A DNA stretch of 43,676 nt from Bacillales bacterium UBA6331 (GTDB lineage: Bacteria; Bacillota_I; Bacilli_A; RF39; UBA660): contig DJSP01000086.1 in NCBI GenBank assembly GCA_002438065.1, positions 1 to 43,676 on the forward strand. Direction: 5' to 3'. Shown piece by piece: positions 11,123 to 20,769 of the stretch (the stretch's first letter is position 1; each line of letters begins with the position of its first letter). A model generated the notes under the pieces. The model saw only the letters and a program-made list of their open reading frames with translations, was not told where the DNA came from and did no database searches. The translations under genes were made by a program, and so were the position numbers.

Positions 11123-11834
11123 GTCTTTAAAGAAAAATTTTGGCTCTAAAAAAGTGTTAAAAGGTATTGATTTAGAAGTAAACAAAGGAGATATTGTGGG
11201 TATAATAGGACCTAGTGGTTGTGGTAAATCGACACTTTTAAGAACCATAAATTTACTTGAAATACCAACAAGTGGAATAATTAATTTTGAAGGTAAAAAT
11301 TTAGATTTTAAAGATAATTTAACTTTAGTTAGAAGAAAAATAGGAATGTTATTTCAACAATTTAACTTATTTAGTAATATGACTGTAATTGAAAATATAA
11401 TTTTAGCCCCAGTAAAACTAAAGATATTAAAACATGATGAAGCAGTAAAAGAAGCAACAAGATTATTAAAGAAAATAGATTTATACGATAAAAAAGATTA
11501 CTATCCTTATGAACTATCAGGAGGACAACAGCAAAGAATAGCAATTATAAGAGCTCTTATTATGCATCCGGATTTAATGTTATTTGATGAACCAACATCA
11601 GCCTTAGATCCCGAAATGATAAGTGAAGTAACTAATTTAATGAAAGAAATAGCAAGTCAAGGAATGACCATGATAGTTGTATCCCATGAAATGAATTTTA
11701 TAAAAAAATTTGCAACCAAAATAATTTTTATGGAAGATGGGAAAATAATAGAACAAGGTACTAAAGAAGAAATATTTAATCATCCCAAAGATGAAAGACT
11801 AAAATCATTTTTATCAAAAGTAAAAAATATATAA
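11109..11834 (+). CDS. Amino-acid ABC transporter ATP-binding protein (GlnQ-like)
   Basis: Walker [10 protein letters not shown], signature LSGGQQQR, Walker [13 protein letters not shown]. Overlaps the permease gene by 14 nt. Confidence 0.93.
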   Translation: MLKIKSLKKNFGSKKVLKGIDLEVNKGDIVGIIGPSGCGKSTLLRTINLLEIPTSGIINFEGKNLDFKDNLTLVRRKIGMLFQQFNLFSNMTVIENIILAPVKLKILKHDEAVKEATRLLKKIDLYDKKDYYPYELSGGQQQRIAIIRALIMHPDLMLFDEPTSALDPEMISEVTNLMKEIASQGMTMIVVSHEMNFIKKFATKIIFMEDGKIIEQGTKEEIFNHPKDERLKSFLSKVKNI

Positions 11835-11845
11835 TTATTTAAAGG

Positions 11846-11877
11846 AAGAATTTGTAAGGTTTAATCAAATTCTTTTT
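11846..11877 (+). terminator. Rho-independent terminator
   Basis: AAGAATTTG ... CAAATTCTT stem followed by TTT. Confidence 0.6.
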
Positions 11878-12027
11878 ATATAAATTTATTAAAATTACTA
11901 ATGATTATGAATACAAGTAATAGTCTAAAATTAACTAAAATTAAAAAAATGCGTTTAAAAAAATTTACAACTAAAAATCTAAGTGTTATACTAAAAACAA
12001 TTTATTACAATTAGAAGGAGTATGAAA

Positions 12028-13662
12028 ATGGAATATGCAATAAAATATGTTAACATCAAAATAGATGAAGAAACAAATATCTTATTACCAAAAGAAATAA
12101 TAAAAGGTCGTGTAGAAGGTGAAAATTTTAAAACAAATAAGTATGCCTATAATTACATAACCAAGAGCAATATAAATACAAAATATTTAGTAGGTCCCTC
12201 ATTTACGATAGAACACATGAGAAATATGTATGCATTACCAGAAGAAGAATTTACTAATAAACAAGTTCTAGAACTAATTTTAATGGAAGCACAAGATACA
12301 ATAATCGTTTATAAAAATGGTAAATATGCCTTCTTAGATCTAAGTAGTTTAATTACCTCTTCTAAAAAGGTAGAATTATACCAAGTAATCGATGGTGAAT
12401 CATGCCTTTTCTTAAATCAAGATTCAGTTAATAATCTATTAACAATTAAAACAATAACCGAGTTAAAAGATAAGCTTAAATTTATGCGTGATAAAATATG
12501 TAAATTTGCTACGTATTCTGATAATTATGATATTGAAATTTTTGAACTAGCTGACGGTGTTAAAAGCAATATATACATGAAAGAAGTATTTGATGAAGAA
12601 GATAATCAAGAATTATTAAATGACGAAGTATCAAGTGAACTAGATAAATTAGACGATGTTAATACTAAAGATGATACATTCTCAGATATCAAAAATATGG
12701 TAACATCAACCAAAGAAACATCAGTTGAAGGACTATATAAATACTTAAAAGATAACATAATTGGGCATGATGAAGCCTTAAAAAAGATTGCAACAATTCT
12801 TTATATGAATTACACATCTAGTCCATTATTTGGAACTGAATCAATACTAATTCCTGGTCCAACTGGAACAGGAAAAACAGCCACATTCAACTGTGCTGCC
12901 AAGTACTTCGACGTTCCCTTTAGAAACATAAATACCTGTAATTTAGTCCCAGAAGGAATTGTCGGAACAACCCTAGAAGATGAATTCGAAGCCCTTATAA
13001 GTGAATGTAAAGGAAATATGAAATTAGCTGAAAAAGCAATTCTCGTATTTGATGAATTTGATAAAATCGGAGTAGATAAATTAGATACTAAGACTTCTCT
13101 AGTAAATATTTTCTTAAAAGCTTTAGAAGGTGGAAGATTCCCAATTTCTAGACAAATGAAAGAAACTCAAATATATAACACAGGTATGGCAAGTAAGATA
13201 TGTTTAGGTACATTCCAAGAAGCCTTCAAAAAAGAAACAGCACCAATTGGCTTTGGAAATAATGCACCTCTAGAAGAAGAACAATTTGATAAAACATTAT
13301 TGGTTAAAAAAGGATATTTTACATCAGAATTACTAACTAGATTTCAACATTTTATCCCTTACAAAAATTTAAGTGAAGAAGATAAAAAGAAAATTCTTTT
13401 AGAATCAAAACTAAGTTATTATCTAGCTAAAAAAGAAAGACTAAGTGTTCAATTTGGAATCGAAACAATAGGAGATGAAGAATTTGCTAAAGGAGTTCTA
13501 GAAGAAATAAAAAAACACGAAAAAAGCGTTAGAGACATGAACAACATAGTTGCTGATACATTCCTAGATATCGAATATGATATTTTATCAAATCAAGGAA
13601 AGTACAAAACATTAAAACTAACAAGAGATACCGTATCAAAAGGAAATTACGACTTATACTAA
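12028..13662 (+). CDS. Divergent ClpX-like AAA+ unfoldase with a novel ~240-aa N-terminal domain (no ClpX zinc-binding domain)
   Basis: Walker A GPTGTGKT, Walker B ILVFDEFDKI, pore-loop-like GIVG, IGF-like loop APIGFGN. Collinear with ClpX through the large and small AAA subdomains. Start set at the second ATG, 7 nt after GAAGGAG. Confidence 0.7.
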   Translation: MEYAIKYVNIKIDEETNILLPKEIIKGRVEGENFKTNKYAYNYITKSNINTKYLVGPSFTIEHMRNMYALPEEEFTNKQVLELILMEAQDTIIVYKNGKYAFLDLSSLITSSKKVELYQVIDGESCLFLNQDSVNNLLTIKTITELKDKLKFMRDKICKFATYSDNYDIEIFELADGVKSNIYMKEVFDEEDNQELLNDEVSSELDKLDDVNTKDDTFSDIKNMVTSTKETSVEGLYKYLKDNIIGHDEALKKIATILYMNYTSSPLFGTESILIPGPTGTGKTATFNCAAKYFDVPFRNINTCNLVPEGIVGTTLEDEFEALISECKGNMKLAEKAILVFDEFDKIGVDKLDTKTSLVNIFLKALEGGRFPISRQMKETQIYNTGMASKICLGTFQEAFKKETAPIGFGNNAPLEEEQFDKTLLVKKGYFTSELLTRFQHFIPYKNLSEEDKKKILLESKLSYYLAKKERLSVQFGIETIGDEEFAKGVLEEIKKHEKSVRDMNNIVADTFLDIEYDILSNQGKYKTLKLTRDTVSKGNYDLY

Positions 13663-13717
13663 AAGTTGTAATTTTTTTCTTTCCAAATAAATGATATACT
13701 TAAATTGGTGATAAACA

Positions 13718-14434
13718 ATGTTTATAAATGAATCATATCCAACTAAAACTTATGTGGAGGAAAACATAATAAACGAGATTAAAACAAAAATAACTTTTGA
13801 CATAGAATTAACACTAGAAGAAGAAAATATATTATTAGATTATTTGATAACCAAATGCTGGGAGGATATTGAAAATTATTTTAACATAGATACAACTTCG
13901 AATCCATTAACAAATAAATGTGATTATGCTCAGAAAGTTCTAGGAAAATCTTTAGAAAATTTAGGTATAACAGTTTATCCAAAAGAAACAGGTGAAACCA
14001 TAATGCCACATGTTATTGGACACTCATTTCTAATAGTTAAATTTTCTAACCATAGTTACATAGTTGATCCAACATACAGACAATTCTTAACTTTAAATGG
14101 TTGCAATCCTAAAAACTTTATAATATATAATAATCGAATTTTAAAAACACCAGATCCAGGATTATTTATAATTCAATCTGAACAAGGAAAAAGATTAGCC
14201 GATACATTAGTTGCAAAAGGATATATTACATTATCAGAAGAAAATGCAAAATTATATTGTGATTCATTCTATTATACAAATCAAGGCACATATTTAGAAA
14301 ATGGTAAAATTCCCATTTCAAACATTGATGGAAGCATTTACTTAAATAGTTTACTTAAAGAAAATCACAAATATGCGACATCGGATGAACGTTTCAACAA
14401 ATTATATCCATCAAAGAAAGAAGTGTCAAAATGA
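13718..14434 (+). CDS. Hypothetical protein, possible transglutaminase-like / papain-fold cysteine protease superfamily member
   Basis: Cys...His...Asp arrangement resembling a transglutaminase core: NKCDYAQKVLGKSLENLGI ... GHSFLIVKF...YIVDPTYRQF. Confidence 0.45.
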   Translation: MFINESYPTKTYVEENIINEIKTKITFDIELTLEEENILLDYLITKCWEDIENYFNIDTTSNPLTNKCDYAQKVLGKSLENLGITVYPKETGETIMPHVIGHSFLIVKFSNHSYIVDPTYRQFLTLNGCNPKNFIIYNNRILKTPDPGLFIIQSEQGKRLADTLVAKGYITLSEENAKLYCDSFYYTNQGTYLENGKIPISNIDGSIYLNSLLKENHKYATSDERFNKLYPSKKEVSK

Positions 14435-16635
14435 AGCATGAATTATTAGTCCCTGTTGGAAACAAAGAATCTTTAATATATGCAATAAATAATGGAGCCG
14501 ATGCCGTTTATCTTGCTGGTAAAAAATATGGTGCTCGCGCATTTGCTGAAAATTTTACCTTAGAAGAAATAGCAGAAGCAACAAATTTATGCCACCTTTA
14601 TGGTGTTAAAATTTTTATAACTGTAAATACCTTAATTTACGAATCAGAGTTTTCTTCCTGTCTAGAATATATTGAATCCCTTCACAAAATAGGAGTAGAT
14701 GCTTTAATTCTTCAAGATATCGGATTAATTTCGGTTGTTCATAAAATGTTTCCTAATTTAGAAATTCATGCTTCAACTCAAATGCACAACCATTCTAAAG
14801 AAAATATTAAATTTCTTGAAAGTCTAGGTGTAAAAAGAGTCGTTTTTACTAGAGAACTTTCATTAGATTTTATTAATGACTTAGATACCACAATGGAAAA
14901 AGAAGCATTTATTCATGGATCCTTATGCATTAGTTATTCTGGCCAATGTTATTTTTCTAAATGCATTCTAAATCGAAGTGCTAATCGTGGTGAATGTGCT
15001 GGAATGTGTAGATTAAAATATAACTTATTAGAAGATGATAGGCTTGTCAATAATTCTGACAAATATCTTTTAAGTCCTAAAGATTTATGCAGTGTTGAAA
15101 ACTTTAAGAAACTAATGGATTCCAATATCTATTCCTTTAAAATTGAAGGAAGAATGAAATCCCCTGCTTATGTTGGTATCGTAACTAAAATATATCGTAA
15201 TCTAATAGATGACTACGAAAATGGCAAAGAATTACAAGTCCTTCAAACTGACCTAGATGAGCTTAAATCAATTTTTTATCGAGGATACACTCCTGGATTC
15301 CTATTTAATAATGAAGATATAATGAACTATGAATCATCTAACCATATTGGTTTATATGCTGGTAAAATTACTAAAGTAACGCCTAAAAAACTTGCTATCA
15401 AATTAGATACCGATTTAAAACAAGGCGACTCAATTCGTTTCAAAAATATCAATAAAGGAATAACTTTAAACTTTATCTATGATTCTAAAGATAATCTAAT
15501 AAGTAACGGAACTAAAGGAACAACAATTTATTTAGATAATTTCTTAAATTTAACTAAAGAAGATGAAATATATCTTACATCTCCTAAACTCCAATTAGAA
15601 ACAAACATAACAAAGAAAATAAACATTTCTATGAATTTTACCGCTAACCTAAATGAAAAGATAAAATTAGAAGTAAGTGATGAAATAAATAATGTAACAG
15701 TTTATGGTGAGCCACCTCTAGAAGCAATTAACCAACCAATAACTAAAGAAAATATTGAAAAAAGTCTAACCAAAACTGGAACAACACCATACAAAGTAAG
15801 TTCTTTAAATATAAATATTTCTGATAATCTATTCATTCGTAACATCGATTTAAATAATTTAAGAAGAGAAGCTTTAGAAGAATTATCTCTAAAAAGAACG
15901 AAAGTTTCTAAAGAGTTTATTAAAAACAATTACAAAGAAAATTCACAAAATATTCCCAAAACAAAAGAAATATATGTTTTAGCAAGAACCAAAGAACAAA
16001 TTAATGTATTAAAAAACTATCCCGTTAAAATAATTGTTGATAAATTAGATTTACTTGAGCCAAACTTTATTTATAAAATTCCTAGAAACCTACTAACTTA
16101 TCCAAAATATACTGGAAAAGTTTTAAATACATCATATGCTAGCATGGTAGAAAATCCCGGCAACATCGGTGATTATTTCTTAAACATTACTAATCATTAT
16201 GCCCTAAATTTAGCACATAAGTACAACTCTATGGTAACTCTTTCATTTGAAAATGATTTTGACGAATTAAAAAACATAATGAAAAACTATCCAACTTCAA
16301 ATACTGGATTATTAATTTACGGTAAAATTGAACTTATGATTATGAAAGCCTGTCTTCTAAAAAACGCATTTAAAGAAAAAAACTGCCACATTTGTAAAGA
16401 CAACAAAACATATAAATTGATAGATCGTAACAAGGAAGAATACGAAATATTAACATCACCTCAAACTCATACATCCTACATTTTAAATTGTCATACTACT
16501 AACCTAATTGATAAAATACCAAACTATCAAGAACTAGGTATCACTAATTTCAGAGTAGATTTATCAAATGAAACAGCCAAAGAAACAGTAAATATAATAG
16601 AACAAATTATGTCAAAATTTAACATTAACAACTAA
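14431..16635 (+). CDS. Peptidase U32 family protein (long form)
   Basis: Near-match to the U32 signature, EAFIHGSLCISYSGQCYFS. ATGA overlap with the upstream gene. Confidence 0.88.
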   Translation: MKHELLVPVGNKESLIYAINNGADAVYLAGKKYGARAFAENFTLEEIAEATNLCHLYGVKIFITVNTLIYESEFSSCLEYIESLHKIGVDALILQDIGLISVVHKMFPNLEIHASTQMHNHSKENIKFLESLGVKRVVFTRELSLDFINDLDTTMEKEAFIHGSLCISYSGQCYFSKCILNRSANRGECAGMCRLKYNLLEDDRLVNNSDKYLLSPKDLCSVENFKKLMDSNIYSFKIEGRMKSPAYVGIVTKIYRNLIDDYENGKELQVLQTDLDELKSIFYRGYTPGFLFNNEDIMNYESSNHIGLYAGKITKVTPKKLAIKLDTDLKQGDSIRFKNINKGITLNFIYDSKDNLISNGTKGTTIYLDNFLNLTKEDEIYLTSPKLQLETNITKKINISMNFTANLNEKIKLEVSDEINNVTVYGEPPLEAINQPITKENIEKSLTKTGTTPYKVSSLNINISDNLFIRNIDLNNLRREALEELSLKRTKVSKEFIKNNYKENSQNIPKTKEIYVLARTKEQINVLKNYPVKIIVDKLDLLEPNFIYKIPRNLLTYPKYTGKVLNTSYASMVENPGNIGDYFLNITNHYALNLAHKYNSMVTLSFENDFDELKNIMKNYPTSNTGLLIYGKIELMIMKACLLKNAFKEKNCHICKDNKTYKLIDRNKEEYEILTSPQTHTSYILNCHTTNLIDKIPNYQELGITNFRVDLSNETAKETVNIIEQIMSKFNINN

Positions 16636-16665
16636 TTACATACATAATAATTAATAGGTGATCTA

Positions 16666-17040
16666 TTGGAAAAATATATTATCCTAACAATTATTATGTT
16701 TTTAATTATCACAAAATCTTTAATAACCGATTATCAAACAAGAATGTTAATAAATCAAAACTTATCAACATATTATTTAAAATATCAAAATATCGATAGT
16801 AGTTATATTGAAATAAAACATACCCAAAGCGAAAATAAAGTCTTCATTTCCATCTATCGCTTAACCACCTTTACCGGAACAATTACCAAGAAGAAAAACA
16901 ACGTTATTTACATTAAAGCCTTAGATCCTAATAACCATAATATTTACTTCAAGTTCAACTTAAATACGAAAATTTTAACAGTAACCAAATCCAACTGGCT
17001 TTATCTAAGCAAAGGTGATACATTTAACTTTAATCTCTAA
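16666..17040 (+). CDS. Hypothetical small membrane-anchored protein
   Basis: TTG start 4 nt after GGTGA; N-terminal hydrophobic helix; no known motif. Confidence 0.45.
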   Translation: MEKYIILTIIMFLIITKSLITDYQTRMLINQNLSTYYLKYQNIDSSYIEIKHTQSENKVFISIYRLTTFTGTITKKKNNVIYIKALDPNNHNIYFKFNLNTKILTVTKSNWLYLSKGDTFNFNL

Positions 17041-17085
17041 AATTCTAAAATACTAATTTCAAACATATATTTAATTGGTGATATC

Positions 17086-17856
17086 ATGAATTTTAAAATA
17101 GGTGATTTAGTTACTCGCAATAGTTATAATAATGATATAGTCTTTAAAATCATAAACATCTCTGATAGTATCGCTTACTTAAAAGGAACTAATATAAGAT
17201 TATATGCCGACAGTAAATTAGATGATTTAAAAATTTACGATAAACAAGATATTGATGATTTTGCCGATAGTATCGAAGAAGAACATTTAGATCGTGATTC
17301 ATTTTTTTATTTACCTGCTAAACTTTTACATCTTGATTCTGATGAAAGTTACATTAATAAATGTCTAAATTACTACAAACGAAACAAATTACAAGCCGTC
17401 GGAAAATTAGTAACTGAAGAAGAATTGCCCAATAAAATTATCAAATTTCTAAAAGAATACAATCCCGACATTGTCATAATTACCGGTCACGATTCCTACT
17501 TTTCCAAGAAAAATGATAAAAATAATCTCGATAACTATCGTAACTCTAAATATTTTTGCGAGGCCGTATCTAAAGCGAGAAACTATGAAAAAAATCATGA
17601 TAAATTAGTAATTATAGCTGGCGCTTGTCAAAGTAATTATGAAGCCCTAATTAAAAGTGGTGCTGACTTTGCATCAAGCCCTAAAAGAGTAAATATTCAT
17701 GCTCTTGATCCTGCTATAATTGCAACCACAATCGCACTAACCGATAAATCTAAACCAATAGATTTAATAAGTTTATTAAACAAAACCAAATATGGTTCAA
17801 ATGGAATGGGAGGCTTAATGGGAAATGGACTTATGTATGTGGGGTATCCAAGATGA
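17086..17856 (+). CDS. yabG: Sporulation-specific protease YabG (peptidase U57)
   Basis: Overall resemblance to YabG (VIITGHDSY..., AGACQSNYEAL, HALDPA) and the conserved yabG-veg synteny. Confidence 0.85.
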   Translation: MNFKIGDLVTRNSYNNDIVFKIINISDSIAYLKGTNIRLYADSKLDDLKIYDKQDIDDFADSIEEEHLDRDSFFYLPAKLLHLDSDESYINKCLNYYKRNKLQAVGKLVTEEELPNKIIKFLKEYNPDIVIITGHDSYFSKKNDKNNLDNYRNSKYFCEAVSKARNYEKNHDKLVIIAGACQSNYEALIKSGADFASSPKRVNIHALDPAIIATTIALTDKSKPIDLISLLNKTKYGSNGMGGLMGNGLMYVGYPR

Positions 17857-18062
17857 TTGATGCAATAAAAAATGATATAAAAAATCATTTAAATAGAGAA
17901 GTTAAAGTAGTTTCCAAAGAAAATCGTAACAAGACAGATGTATTTTACGGCTATGTATCTGAAATTTATTCACACGTTTTCTTAGTAAGTAATGGTAGTA
18001 GTAAAAAAAGTTATTCATATTCTGATATTCTAAGTAAAGATATTCAAGTCACTTTTATGTAA
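17853..18062 (+). CDS. veg: Veg protein
   Basis: Veg-like sequence including SYSYSDILSKDIQVTF (compare B. subtilis SYSYADILT..V.LTF). Overlaps yabG by 4 nt. Confidence 0.85.
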   Translation: MIDAIKNDIKNHLNREVKVVSKENRNKTDVFYGYVSEIYSHVFLVSNGSSKKSYSYSDILSKDIQVTFM

Positions 18063-18138
18063 AATCTATTGCTTTTTTTTAAATCATAGAATAAAATTAA
18101 ATTAAAGATTGAAGACAATCTTGAAAGGAGTGAATGTT

Positions 18139-18396
18139 ATGAAGATTACATCTGTAAACGTTCGTAAAATTGAAAAAGACGGTTCTCGTATGAAAGGTAT
18201 AGCATCTGTATTATTAGATGATGCATTCGCTGTACATGATATTAGAATCATAGAAGGAGATAATGGTTTATTTATAGCTATGCCTAGTAGAAAAACTAGC
18301 ACTGGCGGTTACAAAGATATTGCTCATCCAATTAATCCTGAAGTACGTAAACAATTTGAAGACGCTATTTTAGAAGCATATAAAACAGCTGAATAA
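18139..18396 (+). CDS. spoVG: Septation / stage V sporulation protein SpoVG
   Basis: [11 protein letters not shown]...[33 protein letters not shown]...HPIN is strongly SpoVG-like. Start moved to the ATG preceded by AAAGGAG. Confidence 0.93.
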   Translation: MKITSVNVRKIEKDGSRMKGIASVLLDDAFAVHDIRIIEGDNGLFIAMPSRKTSTGGYKDIAHPINPEVRKQFEDAILEAYKTAE

Positions 18397-18457
18397 ATTC
18401 ACTTTCATAGTGAATTTTTTTATTTCCATATTCATATATTTAAACTGGAGGATATCT

Positions 18458-18739
18458 ATGGAAAAAATGATTGAAGTACCTAACATGTCTCATATAATAA
18501 AACTTAATGAAAGAAAAAACATAATTATCAGTGGTATTAAAAAAATCAACAATTTTGATGACAAAGAATTTAGTTTAGATTCCATAATGGGAGGAATTAT
18601 CATTAAAGGTGAAAATCTCGAAATGATAAAACTAGACACAGTTGAAGGTAATGTATCAATTAAAGGAAAAATAAATAGTTTTTACTATACCGATAATGTT
18701 TCAAAAGAAAATAGTCTATTAATGAAGTTATTTAAATGA
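18458..18739 (+). CDS. yabP: Sporulation protein YabP
   Basis: YabP-like LNERKNIIISGIKKINNFDDKEF...IIIKGENLEMIKLDTVEGNVSIKGKINSFYY. Start moved to the ATG after GGAGG. Confidence 0.85.
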   Translation: MEKMIEVPNMSHIIKLNERKNIIISGIKKINNFDDKEFSLDSIMGGIIIKGENLEMIKLDTVEGNVSIKGKINSFYYTDNVSKENSLLMKLFK

Positions 18740-18984
18740 TCCAATTTTTATTAATAATTTTATCAATAATTTATGGCTTTATTTATGGAATAATAACCTC
18801 TTTATTAAAAAAGAATCTTATATTATTTAGTCTATTTTCTATCTTAGCAACTTTTTTATATGTATTTATTTTATATAAATTATATAATGGTAATATCTCT
18901 TTATTATTAAAAATATCATTAATAATCGGCTTTATACTATGTAAAGTTTTAGAAAAAACTGTCAAATTTAAAAAACTTAAGTAA
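18736..18984 (+). CDS. yabQ: Spore cortex biosynthesis membrane protein YabQ
   Basis: Small multi-helix hydrophobic protein immediately after yabP (ATGA overlap), matching yabP-yabQ-divIC synteny. Confidence 0.7.
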   Translation: MIQFLLIILSIIYGFIYGIITSLLKKNLILFSLFSILATFLYVFILYKLYNGNISLLLKISLIIGFILCKVLEKTVKFKKLK

Positions 18985-19033
18985 CAAACATTAAAATATT
19001 TGCTATAATTAACACTGAATAGAAAGGTATATT

Positions 19034-19324
19034 ATGGCAAAGAGAACAAAAAAAGATAAAAGACGTATTTTATTAGGCACTCTAGTTATTTTAATAATGA
19101 TTTGTTATTTAAGTTTTTTTGTTTATAGATATTGGAATCAAATATTATCTAACAACAACGAAAAAAAGATTTTAGAAGCCAAATATGAAGCTTTATTAAA
19201 AGAAGAAGATGAACTAAATAATGAAATAACTAAAATGCAAGATTCTGAATATGCTGCCAAATATGCTAGAGAAAAATATGGCTATTCAAAGGATAATGAA
19301 GTAATAATCAAGTTCGATGATTGA
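19034..19324 (+). CDS. divIC: Septum formation initiator, FtsB/DivIC family
   Basis: Basic N-terminus, single TM helix and coiled coil (EAKYEALLKEEDELNNEITKM), then YAREKYGY. Position after yabQ. Confidence 0.75.
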   Translation: MAKRTKKDKRRILLGTLVILIMICYLSFFVYRYWNQILSNNNEKKILEAKYEALLKEEDELNNEITKMQDSEYAAKYAREKYGYSKDNEVIIKFDD

Positions 19325-19349
19325 TATTTTTCTTAAAATATGCTAACAT
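19321..19349 (+). promoter_or_regulatory. Putative sigma-A promoter of ssrA
   Basis: TTGATA, 17-nt spacer, TAACAT, ending 8 nt before the tmRNA 5-prime GGGG. Confidence 0.55.
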
Positions 19350-19357
19350 TTTAGCAC

Positions 19358-19710
19358 GGGGTCGTTTATGGTTTCGACAGGGTATAGTTTTGTATTATAT
19401 GCAGTGGTGGTTAAACCTAAATAACAAACAGTTAAAATAACTGACAATACAAATTATAATACTGCTTTAGCATTTGCCTAATTAAAGGTAGCGAGCACTG
19501 GCCTAAAACTAAATCTACAGAGTTTTAACGCTGGTTCATAATAGTAGATTATATTTAATAAATTGCTTAGTTTATTAAACGAATCCTATAAGCTTAGTTA
19601 ATGATATTTTGATGGTTTTTTACCATTAATGAAACAACAAATCATCTAAACTTGTAGATTATAATATGAAAGTATCTTGGACAAGGGTTCAACTCCCTTC
19701 GACTCCACCA
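19358..19710 (+). ncRNA. ssrA: tmRNA (transfer-messenger RNA)
   Basis: The 5-prime GGGGTCGTTTATGGTTTCGACAGGG pairs with the 3-prime CGACTCCACCA, giving a 7-bp acceptor stem with a G3:U pair. T-arm GGGTTCAACTCCC. Internal tag frame ends ...DNTNYNTALAFA-TAA (stop at 19479-19481). Confidence 0.95.
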
Positions 19711-19725
19711 AATATTGATTACATT

Positions 19726-19747
19726 GAACTTAAATAGTTCTTTTTTT
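19726..19747 (+). terminator. Rho-independent terminator after ssrA
   Basis: GAACT-TAAAT-AGTTC followed by T7. Confidence 0.65.
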
Positions 19748-19931
19748 ATAATAGAAATTTCACACTTAAAGAAAAAATATAAAAAATGTACGATTTTCAT
19801 TGATAAACATATGTATGCTTTGTGTAATATTAATTACAACTTAAAAAAGGTAGGTGATATTATACAAAATGATATAAATATTTAAAATATATCTAAATAA
19901 TGATTAAATCATATTAAAGAATAAAATTTAA

Positions 19932-20100
19932 TAAGTAATAACTAATAATAATACAATCAAAAAAATAATGTACGGTAGCAAATATCACAAATTTAAGTCT
20001 GCATGAGACTAAAGGTTACTTTATCGTGTGAAGCAGGAAAATATCGGCGAAAGTCGAAAATAATAAATTTTAATTTATTATCTTTGTTCTTAGTAAAATA
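19932..20100 (+). repeat. Copy 2 (decayed) of the ~170-bp repeat seen at 1-172
   Basis: Same blocks as copy 1, but the reading frame that is open in copy 1 is broken here by 1-nt indels and stops (ATG TAC GGT AGC AAA TAT CAC AAA TTT AAG TCT GCA TGA). It retains the hairpin and ttatctttgttc (the XRE gene tail) with no XRE gene attached. Confidence 0.8.
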
Positions 20101-20178
20101 TAAAAAAGTTATACCAGTACACTGGAATAAATAAATGCAATATATAATATTATAAAATAACCCTCAAAGGAGCACATT

Positions 20179-20718
20179 ATGAAATATATATTCTTAGATT
20201 TTGATGGTGTAATTAATAATTGGTACCAAATGGAAGGCGTATCACTAGAAAATGCCAAGACATTAAAACAAATAATAGACTTAACTAATGCTAGAGTTAT
20301 AGCAACAACCTCTAACAAATACTCATTTCAACAACGTGGAATTGATTACTATAAATCAATATTTTACAAAAATTATGTTATTCCACTAAAAGAACTAGTT
20401 ATTGAAATATATGAAGTTGCACCTTTTAAAAATAACTCAAAAATACTAGAAATTAAAGATTACATAGAGAGTCACAAAATTGAAGACTATCTCATCCTAG
20501 ATGATGAATTAATTAATGATAGTGAGTTGCAAAAACATCAAGCTTTACCAGATTTATATCTCGGATTACAACCACATCACATAGAGCCTATAATTAATAT
20601 ATTAAATGGTCATTTAGGGTTTTATCCACCAAATTATAAATTAAACGAAACAGCCGAAGAACAAGCTATCAAAATTAATGAATATCACAACAAATATACA
20701 AAAAATACCCATAAATAA
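20179..20718 (+). CDS. HAD-superfamily phosphatase-like protein
   Basis: N-terminal DxD motif FLDFDGVINN and a later LILDDE acidic motif. SD AAAGGAG. Confidence 0.65.
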   Translation: MKYIFLDFDGVINNWYQMEGVSLENAKTLKQIIDLTNARVIATTSNKYSFQQRGIDYYKSIFYKNYVIPLKELVIEIYEVAPFKNNSKILEIKDYIESHKIEDYLILDDELINDSELQKHQALPDLYLGLQPHHIEPIINILNGHLGFYPPNYKLNETAEEQAIKINEYHNKYTKNTHK

Positions 20719-20769
20719 TTGATTATTACGAAAAAAACAAGTAAAATAAAAATTAGGGAGGAATAGAAA

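Noticed and set aside
11902-12018. 38-codon Lys-rich ORF (MIMNTSNSLKLTKIKKMRLKKF...) in the spacer before the ClpX-like gene.
   Set aside because: It has no SD. It is also overlapped by a good promoter for the downstream gene (TTTACA-17-TATACT at about 11964-11992), so most of it would not be on that transcript. Its composition is what random AT-rich DNA gives.
18109-18457. N-terminal extensions of spoVG (from 18109) and yabP (GTG at 18410) given by the ORF track.
   Set aside because: Internal ATGs at 18139 and 18458 sit behind proper SD sequences (AAAGGAG, GGAGG) and reproduce the canonical N-termini of these families.
19711-20178. Intact prophage or integrative element inserted at ssrA.
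   Set aside because: There is no integrase, recombinase or phage structural gene, and I could find no duplication of the ssrA 3-prime end. Only the decayed repeat remnant is present.
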